DNA of 63,316 nucleotides, filler included, from Squatina squatina (Eukaryota), in NCBI GenBank assembly GCA_031763465.1. It is 4 parts of 4 records of this genome, joined end to end, with 100 filler letters (N's around TTAATTAATTAA, not from the genome) between each part and the next. Parts side by side here need not be neighbours in the genome. Positions count along the whole stretch, not along the records: positions 36,335 to 49,935 come from JARFOE010000057.1; positions 50,036 to 63,316 come from JARFOE010916015.1; 2 more parts are not named here. The stretch is one strand, 5' to 3'. The position numbers were made by a program, and so were the translations under genes. Positions 38,958 through 53,185 of this stretch are shown here, piece after piece (position 1 is the first letter of the stretch; every line of letters starts with the position of its first letter). The notes under the pieces are model-generated. The model saw only the letters and a program-made list of their open reading frames with translations. It had not been told where the DNA came from and searched no databases.

Positions 38958-40289
38958 TAGCTATGTTAGTGTGATGAATGCGCGCCTGAAGCTTGAATTT
39001 TTTTTTTCCAAGGGCACTGCAATTTTATGAGTATTGTTGGTATTATTCAATACAAACTGTCAAGGAATTTAGCTTCAAGGTGGTGGCTCTGCACTTTATG
39101 GCCTTGCAGGATTATTGCTGGAGCACAATAAATCAACAAAGTGAAAGTTACTTATAATGGCCACCATTGGGACAATACATGGCTGCTCTTCACAGATAGA
39201 TGGTTTCTAAATGCAGCTACAGGCCGGGGCTATTGGTGTATTGTCAAAACTGTTGGAAAATGATCACTAATGGGATATATGGATGTGAATATGCATGGCA
39301 TTGGTGATCACTAAAGTAGGTATCACCGTCGGACTTGCTTTGTAACTCTATGGACTGGGAGTGTTGATGTGTAATGGAAATGCTGGTATGTCAGAGATTT
39401 AGGAGTTTAAATACATTTTAAAGTAATTGCATATGACATAGAGTATTAGGAATTCATTTGTCCATAATTACACATTACACAATTGTATATACACCAGGTT
39501 TAGAACTGATGTGAATTAGAATAGTAATATTTCCTAATTGGTTTATTTCATGACAAGTGTTTAAATCCTTTGTTTTTCCTGGGATTGAATCAATGATTGA
39601 ATGCAGTTTAATTTCTTCAGACACAAACATGTTTACCATATAAAGCCTAACTATTAGGTTTTTATAGCTAACCTTATACAACAAAGCAAACCACTTTATA
39701 CACAAAGCATGTTATAAAGAGAGTGTCATAGATTAGAGACTACGGGGTCGATATTCATCTTTACCACTTGGACATAAATCATTGCTGGGACGAAACGCAG
39801 AAAGAATCATCTGCCAGCGAGGGTGGTACATCGGTAACAGAACCTTCCCCTCCATCCCCCCCACCACCCCCCACCCCTGCTGATTTTCCTTCCCTTGAAA
39901 TGAATGAAAAGGAAATAGGTGAGTTTTGTAGGAGCGTGTAATCCTCCACACTGTCCAGGCAATGCTTAACACCCAAGTGGTAAAGGTAAAAATTACTCGC
40001 GAGGTCTTTTATTTATCGACATTGTCTAAACATGTTGGGGCTTGTTTACTGCAGGGTGATGTCGGTAGTAACTGATTTTCCAAGGACAATACCCAGCCTT
40101 TCACCAGTGTGTCATTTTCCACTGTGCATCTACATCAGTTTTACCATTCTTGTGTATGTATCATGTTAATCAGGAGTGAATTAATAATGATTGATTCTCA
40201 CAATGATGCAGTCCATCACTTTTACCACCATTAAAGCTAACTGTTCCATATGGAGTGCTCTGTAATAGCCATCATTTTTCTACTCATAG

Positions 40290-40423
40290 GTTCTGAAATA
40301 GTTCCAACTGCAGCTGAGGAACAGCCTTTACTGTCTGGGAGTAGTCGGGGTGTGTCGCCATCACCACTGGTTAATGGACTGCACAATGATTCATCTATCC
40401 CTGGAGTGACGGCAGATATTGTG
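40290..40423 (+). CDS. Probable coding exon of an unidentified gene (3' end in gap)
   Basis: tttttctactcatAG acceptor followed by open frame (G)[44 protein letters not shown] with a GC step-up. Confidence 0.5.
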
Positions 40424-41185
40424 NNNNNNNNNNNNNNNNNNNNNNNNNNNNNNNNNNNNNNNNNNNNNNNNNNNNNNNNNNNNNNNNNNNNNNNNNNNNN
40501 NNNNNNNNNNNNNNNNNNNNNNNNNNNNNNNNNNNNNNNNNNNNNNNNNNNNNNNNNNNNNNNNNNNNNNNNNNNNNNNNNNNNNNNNNNNNNNNNNNNN
40601 NNNNNNNNNNNNNNNNNNNNNNNNNNNNNNNNNNNNNNNNNNNNNNNNNNNNNNNNNNNNNNNNNNNNNNNNNNNNNNNNNNNNNNNNNNNNNNNNNNNN
40701 NNNNNNNNNNNNNNNNNNNNNNNNNNNNNNNNNNNNNNNNNNNNNNNNNNNNNNNNNNNNNNNNNNNNNNNNNNNNNNNNNNNNNNNNNNNNNNNNNNNN
40801 NNNNNNNNNNNNNNNNNNNNNNNNNNNNNNNNNNNNNNNNNNNNNNNNNNNNNNNNNNNNNNNNNNNNNNNNNNNNNNNNNNNNNNNNNNNNNNNNNNNN
40901 NNNNNNNNNNNNNNNNNNNNNNNNNNNNNNNNNNNNNNNNNNNNNNNNNNNNNNNNNNNNNNNNNNNNNNNNNNNNNNNNNNNNNNNNNNNNNNNNNNNN
41001 NNNNNNNNNNNNNNNNNNNNNNNNNNNNNNNNNNNNNNNNNNNNNNNNNNNNNNNNNNNNNNNNNNNNNNNNNNNNNNNNNNNNNNNNNNNNNNNNNNNN
41101 NNNNNNNNNNNNNNNNNNNNNNNNNNNNNNNNNNNNNNNNNNNNNNNNNNNNNNNNNNNNNNNNNNNNNNNNNNNNNNNNNNNNN

Positions 41186-41430
41186 CTGATTATAATGGCT
41201 CAACCATTGGTGGCTGTGCCTTCTGTTGCCTGGGCCCTAAGCTCTGGAATTCCCTCCCTAAACCTCTCCACCTCGCTACCTCTCTTTCACCCTTTACAAC
41301 ACTCCTTAAAACCCACCTCTTCGACCAAGCTTTTGATCACCTGCCCTAATTTCACTTTATGTAGCTCGGTGTAAAGCGCCTTGGGACCTTTCACTATGTT
41401 AAAGGCGCTAGAAAATACAAGTTGTTGTTG
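41186..41430 (+). mobile_element. LINE2-like 3' end with (GTT)n tail
   Basis: gggccctaagctctggaattccctccctaaacct...aaaggcgctagaaaatacaagttgttgttg. Confidence 0.8.
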
Positions 41431-42289
41431 TAGTTGTCATCACTTCCAGTGGAAAATCTCAGCAGTGGTGGCAGATATCAGGGAGCTGGCAGAATGGCTC
41501 CCCATCACAATTGCCCCTTCCCTCTGCTCCAAATGGAGGAAAATCCAGGCAGGTTTCTGAAGGGAAGTAAACAGGGCCACTTTTAAAATGGCTGCTGCAC
41601 TAGAAAGCCTTTGTGACATTCTCCTCATGAAGTGTTCTTGTTGCCAGGGTAAATGTCAGAAGGAATTTTGCTTGCATTTTAATTTTTTTTTTTAAAGTTC
41701 ATGTGCCAGCACACTGAGTTCTGTAGCTTGCCAACCACTTTGACTCTTCCTGTTGTTAATGGAAATGACGTGAATAGCACATATATGTGGCAGCATGCAT
41801 ACATTTAAGCTGAATAATTTCACACGGGTGCAGAAGTTTCTCAGATCTGCAAATGTTTTCAAATTAGAGATGGTTTGAATTTTCACGAACTGTGTAAGTA
41901 ATACGTGCACCAGTTCATTCATCGTCAGTGCGAAGATTGTTTCTTTGACAAAGGTCACCTTTAAAATCTTTAAATGAACATGGTTCATTCTGGCTACACT
42001 GATACTTTGGTGGAAGTATTAAATATTGAAATTAAAAACACCTACAGAGATCCACAGTACCATTTAAGTGCTTCTGTAATCCTATATTAAAAAAAATGTT
42101 CTCACAGGACTGAGACCATATGATATCGGGCCGTAATCTGCAGCCCCTATGGGTGCGTACGAGGTGCGTATGCTCCTGTAGGGGACATGTAAGTTCCGGC
42201 TTAAGGCATGTGAAGTGCATGCGCTAACACCAGAACTTGTGACCTGTCAAGAATCTTCTCGACAGTTCGCACACACCTCCGGGAAAAGA

Positions 42290-42420
42290 CTCTTCCACTC
42301 TTCCCTCACCTTCACATGGTCCATCTCTGACTCTTCCCTTCCATTCCTCGACTTATCTGTCTCCATTTCTGGGGATAGACTCCTCACAAACATCTATTAC
42401 AAGCCCACTGACTCCCACAG
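42290..42420 (+). mobile_element. Penelope-like element reverse transcriptase fragment
   Basis: FHSSLTFTWSISDSSLPFLDLSVSISGDRLLTNIYYKPTDSH carries the PFLD and YYKPT motifs of the PLE RT C-terminal region. Confidence 0.8.
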
Positions 42421-45400
42421 NNNNNNNNNNNNNNNNNNNNNNNNNNNNNNNNNNNNNNNNNNNNNNNNNNNNNNNNNNNNNNNNNNNNNNNNNNNNNNNN
42501 NNNNNNNNNNNNNNNNNNNNTTTGTAAGCTGTACAGCTTCTGTCTGATCTCTTGCCAAGACACCTTCAGGCCTTGATGCCAGATTGACAAGGCCCAGTCT
42601 TAAATGCCCCTTGAGATATTTCGCAAAATTTTACAAACCCGGCAGATGGATCAACAAGATTTTCAGCTATACTATACCTGTAAAGTGGATCAATTTGTGA
42701 CGTACATCGTGATTGGGTGTGTTCTTCCTGTTCTCACTAATAGAATCACATTCTCGAGGAACTGTGCATTTCTAAATTGCCCAAATCTGTGATCGGTGGG
42801 TTGTAGATTTAGATTTAGATTAGAAACAATCATTTCTCCCATTTTTTCTTTACAAAGCAAAATATAGTCCTCAGTTTCAGGATCTCAATGCTCTCCTCTG
42901 ATTATGCTCTTGACATTATAAGGCTGTGCAGGGTACAGTGAATTTACCAAATTATAGCATAAAATGTAACACAAAAAAAAAATCGTGGCTGAGGTCAAAC
43001 AGTGCTGTAATGAGAGAGTATTTTGGTAATGATTAGTCCAGGGCTGACACTATTCTTACTGAATCAATGAATAACAGTGAAGTAGCTAGTGGCATTGAAT
43101 CAATCCATGGGTAGAACAGAAATGAAACCATTTTCTCTCTGATTTTTTTTTCTTCTTAGTATATTTGTCATCTTTTCTTTTAGTTACCCAAGGGAAGTCA
43201 ACCTTTATGGGGAAAAGTTTAATGGTGAAATGGAGTAGTGCTGCTGACGTCAAGGCCACCTTAATTACTCCAGCAATGATCCGCGCTGCCTGGAATGTAG
43301 CTGCAATGTGCTGATGATGTCATTATGCTCCCAGCATGCNNNNNNNNNNNNNNNNNNNNNNNNNNNNNNNNNNNNNNNNNNNNNNNNNNNNNNNNNNNNN
43401 NNNNNNNNNNNNNNNNNNNNNNNNNNNNNNNNNNNNNNNTGTCCTATTTCACCTCAGTGTTTGACGTCGTATTTCAATTTCCTCGAACTAGCAATTATGT
43501 TGGAAATGTCAAATTCATTTTGTAGTTGCCAAGGAGAAGAGATGTCAGTCTCCATTTTCTGGTGAATTTGAACCTTGCTGTCCAAAATAAATAGACAGAT
43601 TTACATAGCTTTGCATTAATTTTTCATTTAAGGCTGGTTGCTGTCGTGCACATCACTGTCATCATTACGCTGCATGCTCAGTCACAAGAGTAATGATTCT
43701 AATGCCGATAGTGGGATAGTATCAGTTTTTGCTGCCCTTGAGAATGAAATACTTTATTTCAGTATCTAACAGTTTGGCAAGGAACTAATATAAATGTAGT
43801 GAGGCATCTTCACAGTTCAGCTGACTCTAATGCAGTATGGTAATTGGCTGCCCATTACTGGTAATTAATATTATCATTCAAACTTTTCGAAGCAATTATG
43901 ATTGACAGATCAAAGCATTTGTTATGACTTGTATCTGGCTACAGATCATATTCAAACTAACTTCTTCGTCCCTCCAACAAATACCAACAGATGGATGACA
44001 CTACTCATTAACGTATAAAAGTCAAAACCTACAGCATTTGCCCTGTGGAAAAGACTGTGTGGATTTTCCTCTGCTGCTAATTGTAGCCTGCAGAATGAAA
44101 TTTAATATATTTTGACACAACCCAAATCCCTTGGTAACAGATGCTCTTTTAATGATAGCAAGTTGGCATCTGCAAGTTCAGTGCTTGTGATGGTGTTCTT
44201 GTCAGTCCTGACCCACTATTTGATCTCATGCTGTGAGGCAACACTGGGGAGCATCTGTCAGTCTGTGGAATCGTGAGATATCCCTGAGACAAGCTGACTT
44301 TCTGTTACTGAAATGTTATGCTATCTAACGTTTACTTGTGCGAACACTTAAGCTCCAGAATAGAACATATCCGTGTGCTATTATGATCTATGTATAATTA
44401 TATACACATAGCCAGTAGCAACTGAAATAAGAGAGGAAGAAAAGGGGGAACAATATCTTCAAATTGAAAAATAAAAACATTTTCCTCGGTTGCTGTTCCA
44501 GTCAGATACTGGAGTTGGGGAAGAAGAGAGTCTGGTACAGCAGTGTATAAACTGACACATCATTATAAGGTGTTGTTGTGCATAGATTCTACAGAATTGC
44601 TTGACAAAATATGGGGCCAAAAATTATCCAACATCCCGGTGCACTCCCGCTTTAACTCCAGCAGGAGTGTGGAAGAAGGGCCTCAAATGGCTGGGACCTG
44701 GATATGCTAGGTGACAGACTTACCCTGGGGTTTCCAATGGCCTGTGTTTGGGCTGGAGCCTCCAACTGTCTCAAATAAAGGTCACTTTTGCAAAGGGGTG
44801 GACACTNNNNNNNNNNNNNNNNNNNNNNNNNNNNNNNNNNNNNNNNNNNNNNNNNNNNNNNNNNNNNNNNNNNNNNNNNNNNNNNNNNNNNNNNNNNNNN
44901 NNNNNNGAAGAGAAATTAAGGATATCTCATAGGTGACAGTGACTTACTGGTGCCCCTTCAAGAACGTGAAGAAAACATAACTCACACACGCCACCAGTAA
45001 CTGGGTTATTAATATCTTCCACATAACTGAAGAAATACCTGGAAATTACTGACTTCAATCCTATTTGCATTACATTTAAGTCACCAACGTCTTGAGTTAT
45101 TTTACCAGAATAATCTCAGGATGTCGCAAGCAAAATTTAGCAAAGAAATAGCAAATTACTGAGGGTCTCAATATTGCCTCAATAACAATGATAGAGGTAA
45201 AGGCCTGCCATAAACAGCTACTAATTTTCTCCCCAATATTGTTTTGCAACATGAGTCCCGGTAATAATTTAGGTAATATATGAAGCAGGATGGAGGTTCC
45301 AGCACATTCTAATGTGTCATCACCATTATTCACAGCATGTTTATAACTTTTTTTCTACTTCAAAAATTCCACCATCAGTGCAGAAATGTCGAGTTTTTAT

Positions 45401-46237
45401 TGAATTATTGCCTTTGGAAAAAATTGCTAAGCTTTTATGAGGTGATTAGTTAGCTGTGAGAATATATTCTGTTTGTTCAATGGGAGTGGATGATTGTGGA
45501 ATTTTAGTGCAGACATTAATTCTGGGATAATGTGAATGGCTACCAACTGCTAAATGCTAATTTGCATGTGAGTATTGTCATTTTTATTTTTCATGTGGAT
45601 AAATTGTCTCTGTGCAATGAAAATAACATGTCCTCGTAAAATAAATTGTTGTTTCTCCCTGTGAATAAAATTCATGGTTGGCAGTTTGAATCTCAGCAGT
45701 GGCTGATGTTAAGACATGAGTGCCAATCAGTTTGATGGGCTTTGTCAGTTCTGGATGGGGGCAATTAGATGAGGCACCACCAAGTACAAAAATTAAAGAT
45801 CTCAAATGTTAATGAACTCCCTGTGAACATTATGCTGATGGGAAAGACTGAGGAGGATTCTGTAGATGATTTAAACTGCATTCGACACTAAAAGGTGAAA
45901 CACTGCGTGAGTTACACGAAAACCGTTTTCACACCTTGGGAGGTTTTTCTGTTTTTTTTAGACACATGGATAGGATATAAGAAAAGGTTTGTCATCTGAC
46001 AGGTGATCCTTCTCTCAATCTAAGCATCTAGCCTCTTTCTCTGTTGCAACCCTTCGTGTCTCTCTGGGAGTATTGTTCTAAGTCTGTGCTTCCAGTGGGC
46101 AACTACACCTGCCAGGAGCACATATCAGAAATCTGANNNNNNNNNNNNNNNNNNNNNNNNNNNNNNNNNNNNNNNNNNNNNNNNNNNNNNNNNNNNNNNN
46201 NNNNNNNNNNNNNNNNNNNNNNNNNNNNNNNNNNNNC

Positions 46238-46317
46238 AGTCATCTCAGAACCCACAACTCCGGAGTGGAAGCAAGTCATCCTCGACCTCGAGGGACTGCC
46301 TAAGAAGAAGAAGAAGA
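46238..46317 (+). mobile_element. Probable 3' end of a non-LTR retroelement with (AAG)n tail
   Basis: GC-rich segment ending gggactgcctaagaagaagaagaaga, abutting a gap. Confidence 0.4.
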
Positions 46318-49300
46318 TAATACTCATAGCACAATAAAACTTGCATATATGTAGTACAGATTTGTACCAAGATATCAAGGAAGAGAGATGCACCCTGTTC
46401 ATTCTCGTAAATGATCTGACCTAAAAATCGCACATACTCTTAATACGGAAGCATGGGCAAACTTGAAGTAAAAGTGCAATTTTATTACTCCAGATAAGCA
46501 ATACATTAACCAAATTTAGTCTTGAACTTCACTCAACTTAATCATTTTAATATTCGAGGAAATTAAAAAGATTGCTGCTTAGGCCACAAGTTATTGTTTT
46601 CCCTTAAGCACTTATTTTAATTGAATTTTCTAGCCTGTGCTCTTCACAAGCTTGTAAACTTTTACTTTTAGCCTCTGCTTTATGGCTAACTTTATCTGTA
46701 TTACAAGAGTGTTGTATATATTTTGACCTCTAATATTAGACACATAATACAACAAACTCTCTTGCCCACTCTCCCTTTTTTAGCTATAGTGAACCCTCCC
46801 CCTATTTCAATATCTGCTTTCCACATGCGTCTCAAAGGCAATTATAAAGGGCATCTGCTGTACTATAATTTATAACTGTTTACCCTGAGCTGCTTGTGCC
46901 CCCTGATTATTAGCTATCTACTTCATCACACAGGTTTCAGGCAGGCTTTGAGCCCTGCGTTTCCAGGGTGTAACATGGTGTCAAACCATTTTAATGCTCC
47001 CTGGAAAAAATCTAGACATGAGGGCAATCAGTGAGAATGAAACAGATTGAGTTATTATCCTCAGGGGCTCGAACCAACACTAAGCGTGTCCACTGAGGGG
47101 CTACTTAATGAATATTGTCATATGTTAGAACTCACTTGTGTCTTCACTGAGGTAAAGCACAGTAGAGATGACATTTTAGTGTTTGTGATTTTAAATTCTG
47201 TGTGTTTGAGATTACATTATAACGATATTGTACTGACTTCCCAAAGAAAGCTTCAAACCAGAAATTGAACTTGTTCACGTGACTCAGCAGAAAGGTATCA
47301 AATTAATTGTCTCACACTTCAATGTTCTACATTCTATACCAGGAAGCCTGGGACTTAACTGTAAATCGCATGTGACGAGTCTAACTCTTGCTGACTTTCT
47401 GCTTAGTAATGACATTCAAAAGTTCAGGATAATACTCAATTGGCATATCGTCAAACTGTCTGTACCATTCTTCTCATTCATAGACAACAATGGAGAGTAG
47501 AATTTCTGTCAGGTTTCTCCAATTTCCCACTGGAGCTTCAGAAGATCATCTGAAACCCCAGAGAAATATATAATGGGCCACTTAAGTCATTTCTGTGGTG
47601 CCGCCGGTTTTAAATTGAAGTTATGGTGGATGATCCTGGGAACACCCATGTAAATTAATCGTGCCTGCTTTTGAACAAAGTAATTCCTGTATTTTCTGTG
47701 TAATGGCTGCTTAGTTATATACTTATTTCCAGGTGCTTAGACCCAAATCGGTTAATTATATGTTGGCATTATGATCTTCTCCTTGAAGTACTCATCTTGC
47801 TCAATCAAACTTAGTTCCTACCCTGAGGAGCTACTGGTACAACAGCTGCTCTCACAAGGGACATTACCTGACCTACAACCTGCTGATAATGATCTCTTCC
47901 AGGATTACTAACAGCGGTGTGGCCAGATGTCTGCCCAGCCTTGTGGTTCACAGGAGCACAACTCAGAAAGAATCTGGTATGCCAACTAAGGTTAATCTGT
48001 AACAGTTATGGTATTATCATTAATTAATAGTGTAAGGAGCCCATGTATTCCCTTGTATAAGCAAATAAAATAAATCCCAATGTGCCACCCATAGTGAGTT
48101 TTCCATGACCGACTTCTGTGCTATGTGGGTAAATTATCTGAAACCCAGCTCACTTTTTGTTACACAAAAACACTTCAAAACCACAGGTGTGAAGTGAAGA
48201 AACATGAAAGCACTTGGAACCTGAGATTATATTGAGATAATATTGTGGCTATATTGAGATTATATGGTAGTGATTATTGCACATGTTCTGGACTGGGATC
48301 AAGTTCAGGAATTGACGATATTGAATGGACGGAACTAACATCACCAAAAGTTTCAGAGAGAGTCACCAGAATCTATTTCCACCTCAAGTTATGGCAGACT
48401 CAGGCCATTCGAAAGCAAATAACAGTCAGNNNNNNNNNNNNNNNNNNNNNNNNNNNNNNNNNNNNNNNNNNNNNNNNNNNNNNNNNNNNNNNNNNNNNNN
48501 NNNNNNNNNNNNNNNNNNNNNNNNNNNNNAATAGTATTAACCTTAATAGCTTTATATTGTTTTTACCCAGCTATTGGCTGTACTTTGTATTAATTCAATT
48601 CACAGAATAAAAAATATTTTGCAACCTGTTACCAAGTGTAACAAAAAAAAATCTATCAGACCACCGGTTTCTGATTAATTACAGTAACACTGCTAATATT
48701 GATATTATTGAAACAAATTATTTTAAGTTAAAAACATGGTCCGCATTTTCTTGATTTTGTTCGTCAGTTGAACTGATTACAAATAGCTATTTTGATTTGA
48801 AAACAATTGGCTAATCTTCAGTGAGGTTTGACTTCAGATCATTTCTTGCAAGTAATGAAAATAAATATTTAGACTTTCAGTTTAAGATCTACAGGCAATG
48901 GAGCATGGTAAATTGCAGCATGCTCATGACACAATGTTCAAACTAAAAATTGAAGCTTAGTTAGGCATAGTATGAGAAATTAGACTAGTAGAGGATGTTG
49001 TTTTCTGGATACTTAAACTAGATATTTTCCAGACGTTCAACTTCACCGGCTGTTCTGGTCAGCAGAATTTGAATCCCCTGTGAACTAGAGTGTGGTTATA
49101 CTGGCCCAATATCTTGATAAATGTAATGAGATCCGAGTCCTACAGTGGCAAGAGGCTCGTCTGGACCTGAATGACCTGTTTCTGTGCTGTAGACTCGATA
49201 GCCCTATTATTATTATAATCAAAATCTCAAAAGGACACTGCTGCACTAATGCTTCCCGCAATCATGATTCTTGAAACTTGGTCATTCAATTCTTGCATTG

Positions 49301-49935
49301 GGTAACATATGGCAGAACCTGTGAGTAGTCTGGTATCTCTCTTGGCTTCAGATTGACTATTGAATAAAAGTAGCCTCAGACCTTTGAAGAAATATTGAAA
49401 CAAAGGAGATTAAAAACTACTCCTCTCAACCGCATATGATTGATAGCCATATACCAGGTGTCAATTTCATAGGATGTTGCTCCAAACCATTTTGAATGGT
49501 CCGTGATTGCAGGAAATTAATACTTTGTCAAGTTATCTACTGGCAAGAATGATACCAATGACTGCATTCACCAGACATTGGCATATTAAAATCCCTTTTG
49601 CCTGATAGGGATAAACCACAGATGCATACTTTTGTTTTGAACATAGTAGCTTGAAAAAGTGCAGCACGCCATAACTGAATTTAACCCCATGTATGCTGGC
49701 TAACAAAAAAACGTCCAATAAATAAACCAACACAAATAAAAAACATGTATTTATTTTCACAGGGAGTGGTAGGGAATTCTAGGCAGCAATTGTGACTGCA
49801 AATGTTCCCACACAGACCACTGGACATGCTGAGGGAGTGCCGAAGAGCAGAATTGTGGCTGGAGTAAGCACAGATGAGGCTGCTGTCTCTTAAGGTGATA
49901 CCATAGCTGGTCCATCTAGCCCCATTTCTTACATT

Positions 49936-50035
49936 NNNNNNNNNNNNNNNNNNNNNNNNNNNNNNNNNNNNNNNNNNNNTTAATTAATTAANNNNNNNNN
50001 NNNNNNNNNNNNNNNNNNNNNNNNNNNNNNNNNNN
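49936..50035. other. Artificial linker N44-TTAATTAATTAA-N44
   Basis: Same linker; 12-mer at 49980-49991. Confidence 0.97.
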
Positions 50036-50610
50036 ATGATCATATTGAATGGCGGTGCAGGCTCGAAGGGCCTAATGGCCTACTCCTGCACCTATTTTCT
50101 ATGTTTCTATGTAAGATTATCCAAGCATACCCACTCCAATGCTATTTCTCTATAATTACGAAATTTTCACATTCAAGCCTTTATCCAATTTCTTTTGAAA
50201 GTTATTATCGAATCTGCTTCAACTCCGCTTTCAGGCAGGCATTGCAGATCACCACAATTCGCTGCATTATTTGTGCCCTCACGTTCACTCTGCTTAATTT
50301 GCAAGTTTCCTTAAATCTGTGTCTCTGGGAATCGAAACTTGGCCACTGGGCTAGCTTCTCCTTACTTATTCTGTCAAATGCGTTCATGATTTCGAACATT
50401 TGTCCCCTTACATCTAACAAGAACAACCCCAGCTTCACGAGTCTATCCATGTAACTGAAGTTGTTTTCACCCCTGGTACTTTTCCATAAATTCTCCCCTG
50501 CACCCCAACGAAGGCTTTGATCTCCTTCCGATTGTACAGTGCCCAGAATTGGCCACAGTACTCCAGCTGATGCCTAAACATTTTGTTATACAGGTTTAGC
50601 ATAACTCCCA
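50036..50610. mobile_element. CR1-like LINE 3' fragments (+ strand 3' tail at 50036-50110, then a - strand fragment)
   Basis: aatggcctactcctgcacctattttctatgtttctatg tail; minus-strand residual translation MDRLVKLGLFLLDVRGQMFEIMNAFDRI. Confidence 0.7.
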
Positions 50611-51029
50611 TAATACATGCATAATCAAGTCAACACTCGCACTGGCCATGTTACAGTTCATTGCGCAGTTAAGTAGTCTCCTCGGAAAAAACAATTGCGA
50701 TTGCACTTTGCAGTACAGCCTTGTGTCACTTTCCATTTCCCAGGCACACATAAGCGTAATAAACCCAGTCGCTGATGGATCTACTTTAGAGAGAAGCAGT
50801 GAGAAATCCCTTTATGCAGCGTAAAAGACCGCTCTGGATTTCCATCTTAGGAGGTGCAACTGCAAAACCTTGTCAATTCAGCGTTTCAATGGGATAAACG
50901 GACATCTTGTGAAGACATGTGAACAGGAAACAAGCTTGGGAATAAAATCAATCTTTAGAGAGGCAACACAAATTTGCTTAACTTCTCCAAATAGCAAACT
51001 AATAGCTTTGGGACATAGGTCATGTGAAT

Positions 51030-51375
51030 CATGACTTTCTATAGTGCGAATAATGAAACGCTGATGCCAGGGGTGAAGGATCGATAACCGGAGGAAACAG
51101 ACTGAAGATAATTAACCAAAGAACCAGTGGGGAGATGTCGAGAATTTCTGATTTTACACAGCGGCTTTTTTTGACCTGGAGTGCATTGCCTGAAAGGTTG
51201 GAGGAAGCTGCTTCAATGATAACGTTCAAAGGGGTATTGGATAAATGCTTGAATGGAAAATGAAAGTTTTCGGGGCGATGGAGTGTCTCCAATTTGCTTT
51301 GTCTTTCCAGAAGCAAGCACAAGCATGGTGGGCCGAATAGCCTCCATCTGTGCTGTATCTTTCTATGATTCTATG
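51030..51375 (+). mobile_element. CR1-like LINE 3' end
   Basis: Ends gggccgaatagcctccatctgtgctgtatctttctatgattctatg, the CR1-type terminal repeat. Confidence 0.75.
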
Positions 51376-52032
51376 TATTGGCACTATGGAGATTAAAGCA
51401 ATCTTCGGCCTGTCCATAATTTTTCTGTGCACAACCTGTTATAACATTTCCAATTATATCGTCATCTGTACAGATTGTAACGAGGAGACATTATGCTGTA
51501 ATTACTCCAGCTGGCCTGTAGAGCCTGTGTTTCGTGGCTGCTCCTTCCTCAGCCTGTATTGCAAAGAAGCTTCAATGAATTGTTCTTCTCGACTTCCAAA
51601 GTTGCGGCCAAATTTACAATCTAAAAGCAACGTTAAGACTTTCAAATGGCGCCTGAATAATATTCCACTCTCCAGTCCAGGATTTCCCAGCCCCATTCTG
51701 AAATATACTTTCAGCTGAAGGCATGGTCTGGATTCTCTATGGGTGGTCGCCTAATACCAACGTTGGCGATGGTTGCATTACGTTCCTCTAGATTTTCTTT
51801 TCCATTGAATTCAATTGGAGAGGAAATTCGGGAGCAGCATAACGCTGGCTTCCGATATCCTTTTAGCACTACTCGTTGAGATCAATTTCACTCCCTTTAT
51901 TCTTCACTAGCCCAAAATCTGCTAATTTGTCAGCTTCGCTTTGAGATTCTCCTTAAATATACGCCAGTTCCCGTTGCCTGAAGTTGTCTTATGTCTAAAT
52001 GTCCTAAACATTCTCTTGCCACTGATCCACAG

Positions 52033-52158
52033 ATGTACCGTTTCAATCTCGTACTCATTCTATACCTGCTGGCTTTCTTGGATCTGCTGATATCGATTCT
52101 CGCTTCCATTTTCATAGGCGCGGAGTTATGGAACCATTCCAAAATACAGCTCAATAAG
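52033..52158 (+). CDS. Candidate exon encoding one transmembrane helix, resembling TM4 of MS4A/TMEM176-type proteins
   Basis: CAG acceptor, AAG/GTTTG donor, 126 nt, phase 0-0: MYRFNLVLILYLLAFLDLLISILASIFIGAELWNHSKIQLNK. Confidence 0.5.
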
Positions 52159-52289
52159 GTTTGTAGTTTCATGACCAAAGTACCAATCAATATTTCCGGC
52201 TCTGCTGAATACTGACTCTAAAAAAGCATACTATATTATTCACCTCTCAAAGGTATTGCAGTGAAAAAAGTTTGCTTCAGGATTTAGAA

Positions 52290-53185
52290 ATATGGAAACA
52301 GAGAAAATAGGAGCAGGGCCATTTGGCCCTCGAGTCTGCTACGCCATTCCATATGATCAGGGCTGATCCTCTAACTCAGTACCATGTTCCCGCTTTCTCC
52401 CCATATCCCTTGATGCCTTTAGGATCAAAAATCCTTGAATATATTTATTGAGTTGATCTCCACGCCCACTTGTGGTAGAGAGTTCCACAGGTTCGCCACA
52501 CTCTGAGTGAAGAAGTTTCTCCTCATCTCAGTCCATATATGTTATACTCCTATCCTTATAATTTGACCCATGGTTCTCGACTCCCCAGCCAGAGGAAATA
52601 TCCTCCCTGCATCTAGTCTGCCAAGTGCTGTCAGAAGTTGAAAATGTTTCAATGAGGTCCCCTCTCATTCTTCTAAACTCAGGCGAATATAAGTTGAATC
52701 AACCCAATCTCGCTTCATACGTCAGTCCTGCCATCCCAGGAATCAGTCTGGTGAACCTCGGCTGCACTCCCTCTATGGCAAGAACATCCTCCCTCAGATG
52801 AGGAGACTAAAACTGCACAGAATACTCCAGCTGTGGTCTCACCAAGGCCCTATATAATTGTAATAAGACATCCTTGCTCCTCTATTAAAATCCTCTCGCA
52901 ATGAAGGTCAACATATCCTTTGCCTTCCTAACTTTTTGCTACCCCTACTTTCTTGCTTTCAGTGACTGAAGGCTTGGTGTCCACAAGGACACCAAAGTCT
53001 CGTTGCACCTCCACATTTCCCAATCTATCACCATTCAGATAAAAATCTGCCTTTCTGATTTAACTAACAAAGTGGATAACCTCACATTTGTCCACGTTAT
53101 ATTGCAGCTGCCATATATTTGCCCACTCACTCAACTTGTCTAAATCGACTTTGAGCCTCTTTGCATCCTCCTCACAGCTCACATT
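52290..53185 (-). mobile_element. CR1-like LINE, ORF2 C-terminus and 3' UTR
   Basis: Typical CR1 segments (aactgcacagaatactccagctgtggtctcaccaaggccctata; aacaaagtggataacctcacatt). Confidence 0.85.

Noticed and set aside
50744-50824. Possible terminal exon AHISVINPVADGSTLERSSEKSLYAA* with AATAAA at 50941
   Set aside because: The acceptor is plausible, but the peptide is short and unrecognisable and has no upstream partner exon in the window.
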